From NCBI GenBank assembly GCA_951406725.2, contig OX597833.1, forward strand, positions 71,920,001-71,984,000: DNA of 64,000 nucleotides, read 5' to 3'. A program made the position numbers and the translations under genes. The stretch is from Octopus vulgaris (Eukaryota). Positions within the stretch are counted from its first letter, which is position 1. Each line of letters starts with the position of its first letter. This document shows, piece after piece, positions 60,952 through 64,000 of this stretch. Under the pieces are notes generated by a model that ran no database searches, was not told the origin of the DNA, and worked only from the letters and a program-made list of their open reading frames with translations.

Positions 60952-61772
60952 GACCAACGCACCAATTCCCCTGACAACCTCGACTTTGGCTGTTACTGTT
61001 GTTGTTGTTTTTATTTTTATTGTTGGAAGCAACGAAGGGAACATCAAGGAACCGAGGCAAGGAATAGAGAGGAACCCATCGCCCTCATTCAACTCTTGAT
61101 CCCTTCCATCGAGGAAGTCCAGAAAGTAAAAACCCCACAAGGGGGTAAAAGATAAGGGAGTCCCTTGAAGACGGCGACGGAGTCAGAAGACGAACCCGGA
61201 AAGCATTTTAGCAAGTGAAGGTAGACAGGTGCATTGTATGCTGTACACCTTGAGCGGGTAGACACCACAAACAGGGTTACCTACTACCACCACCACCACC
61301 ACCACCGCCACCACTGCTACTGCTCAGTCCATTGCATATACAAGTACGCACGGTCCCCACCCTCCCCTATACACGGCTCGCAGCTCCTCGCTCACCATTC
61401 CACACAAACTACACCTCTTCGTCCTCATTAATCTCCTTTAATTCCTGTTTCAACGAATTCAACGTTTTTTCATACAAGTTTCCTTGTCTAATCAAGACTT
61501 TACCACTTTTTGCTAAAAAATTTATACGACCCACCCCCACCCCCCACCCACGCAAGATACTCGTTTACGCTGTAAGACATTGGTTACGTAACCATAGCTA
61601 CCATAAAACATCTTCTCTCCCACCACCGTATCCTTTCAAACTCAAAATTTTGATAAATTAAAATTTTGTGAGTTCTCTCCCTTAATTCTTTTAAGAGTAA
61701 TTTTCATTAGCTCGGCCTCCTTAGCATGGATCTACGATCTAGAAGGGTTTAAACTGGCTTTGCTTACGTTTC

Positions 61773-61804
<32 letters not shown>

Positions 61805-61914
61805 TGTATGTATGTATGTATGTATGTATGTATGTATGTATGTATGTGTGTGTGTGTATGTATGTATGTACGTATGTACGTGCGTACGTATGTATGTATG
61901 TATTTATGATGTTC

Positions 61915-62655
61915 TGGCTGCTGCTCATGCAAATGACATCAAGAAGCTTTACCATCTTATGAAGCAAGTTTATGGGCTGAAGAAATCTTCATCAGCTCCT
62001 TCGCTTTCCAAGGAGTCTTCTACTCTGTTTAATAAATCAACAGAGATCACGGGTCACTGGATTGACCATCTTTCTGAACTCCTGAACCGTGAGCCAGTTG
62101 TGGGACGAAGCAGTGATTGACACCATGCAACAAACACCTGTCATTAGCTCCTTAAATTCCCTCAATAGTTCAGGTAATGGCATCAATAAGTGCATTGAAC
62201 CTTGGTTAAGGCACCTGGTAAGGATGGTATTCGTGCTGAAGTCCTGTGATTTGGTGGTGATCACATCACACAGTCCCTTCGTGAACTTATAACTGTAATC
62301 TGGACGGATGGTGCAATGCTTAAGGACTGGAAGGATGCAATTATTCTTCCTCTCTATAAAGGAAAGGGGGCCAGAGGAGAGTGTGGCAACTGCAGAGGTT
62401 TTGTTCTACTGACAGCTGCTGGCAACGTTCTGGCAAGTATTCTTCTTACCCGCCAGAATGGGTGTTTCGTAAATGATGTCCTGTCTGAATCTCAGCGTGG
62501 TTTCCGATCCGGAAGAGGAATGATGGACATGATTTTTACAGCGAGACAGATGCAGGAGAAGTGCTATGAGCAGAATATGGACCTTGTCCAGGTATTCATT
62601 GATTTAACCAAGGTGTTTGATACTGTGAATAGGGCCTTGCTATGGAAAAATATTT
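61915..62655 (+). mobile_element. RTE (BovB-like) LINE ORF fragment
   Basis: WKDAIILPLYKGKG..CGNCRG..LSESQRGFRSGRGMMDMIFTARQMQEKCYEQN..FIDLTKVFDTVNR. Confidence 0.9.
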
Positions 62656-62682
62656 AAGTCTCAATCTTATTTTTATTACTTT

Positions 62683-62721
<39 letters not shown>

Positions 62722-62769
62722 TACTACTACCACCACCACCACCACCACCACCTTCGGTATATTATTAAT

Positions 62770-63137
62770 ATTACCTCCGCCTTTGCGAATGCGGGGGTAT
62801 TCTTTTCAGTCATGTTTGTTTGTTTGTCCATGGACAAGATATCTCAATAACCACTGGATGGATTCAGATGGAACTTTCAGGGATGTTAGGCCTCGTGACT
62901 GGCACAAACTGATTAGATTTTGGGATCGATCTGGTATCGGACAAGGATTCTGGGTTATTTTTCCTGTTCTTTTTACTTAATTTTTGAGAGCGGTCGGATT
63001 CATTTTTAGTATTCCCATTTGTGAGAGTAGCCGAGTTTATTTCAGATATTCTCATTTTAAAAATCCTCTCTGGCTAATCGTTGAGAGGACATTGGTGTTG
63101 CCTTGGCGGGGGTTTGTGCTCTCTGAGTGCTCTTGTT
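62770..63137 (+). mobile_element. Non-autonomous Helentron-associated (DINE-1/HINE-like) element
   Basis: Sub-terminal inverted repeat ACCTCCGCC / GGCGGGGGT, (GTTT)n core, 3' short hairpin-like GTGCTCTCTGAGTGC and T-rich ends. Confidence 0.65.
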
Positions 63138-64000
63138 ATTACTATTATTGCAAACTGGCAGAACCATCAGCACTCTGGACAAAAGGCTTCAGCACATTTC
63201 TTCTGGTTTACATTCTGAGTACGAATTCTACTGAGGATGATTTTGCTGTTCATCTTTTTGGAGTTGACAAAATAAGTACTAGTTATGGACTGGGGTTGGT
63301 AAATTCGACTTACCCCTGCCTCCCCACAAATTCCAGGCCTCGTGCCAATAATAGAAAGGATCATTATTATTATTGGCAACATATGTTTCTTGGATGTGCT
63401 CCAATACATTATCAGTGATGTGACCTATGCTTTGTCTGATGCTTTGGGTTTTTCACCATCAGAGACTCAAATCCAAGTGTCCTAATCTGGAGTTGATTAG
63501 ATCCGGATTCACATCCCAACATTTAGCCACCCCCCCGCCAATAATCGAAAGCCACTTGCTAACTCTGCAACTTAGCTTATAGATTGAATGCCCTCAATAA
63601 AACCCCTTTGAGCAAAGACTTATCAACACAAGCGTCCTTTAGAGACCCCTTCTTCGAGCTCAAAGCCGGTCTTCCGGCCCCTGTCCTGGCACTTCCCAAC
63701 TCTTTGTGCAATTCCTTTCAATGCTTTCTTCCCGGGCATGTCCTTTCGTAGTGTTAAACTTTTCATTTAAATATAGAATGATCTCATTGCTATTTCTAGC
63801 AACTCGAGCTGTCAAGGAGAGGACACCCCGGCTTCTTCTACGACTGTTCTCTGTACGATTAGGCGTCGGGCTCGCCGTAAGACCGACCGTCTGTCATTTG
63901 AACAGCTGATCCAGGTCTGAATCTAGGATTGATAGGGGAGATAAATCTGTAAATACGATTCTGTGTTATCGTTCTAGGGGAGATAAGTCAGGTGTGACTG

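Overview
AT-rich, intron-rich animal DNA full of microsatellites and SINEs. The repeat families point to a coleoid cephalopod, probably Octopus (inference). I reconstructed five protein-coding genes by hand from GT-AG junctions and frame continuity: (1) a tandem-CARD-only gene (-, 5759-6376); (2) KIAA1328/hinderin (+, 10 coding exons, 11211-26957, 770 aa), apparently head-to-head with it; (3) DRC12/CCDC153 copy A (+, 35153-40655, 198 aa); (4) PTPMT1 (+, 47134-51416, 193 aa); (5) DRC12/CCDC153 copy B (-, 52857-60701, 203 aa). The main structure is an old inverted duplication spanning about 26 kb: arms at about 34.9-44.0 kb and 50.1-61.0 kb, with the 5' half of PTPMT1 in the spacer. The two DRC12 proteins are only about half identical, yet their RFX/forkhead promoter block, last 19 codons plus 3'UTR, and a PTPMT1 catalytic-exon remnant are near-identical, which suggests patchy arm-to-arm gene conversion. 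Also present: several fold-back insertions (one encodes a hammerhead-ribozyme motif on both strands, one has a 14-bp TSD, one captured a nearby sequence), a 6x TGACGT minisatellite upstream of PTPMT1, a solo LTR, and RTE, CR1, Penelope, mariner, Helitron and SINE debris. Family assignments come from remembered motifs, not database searches.
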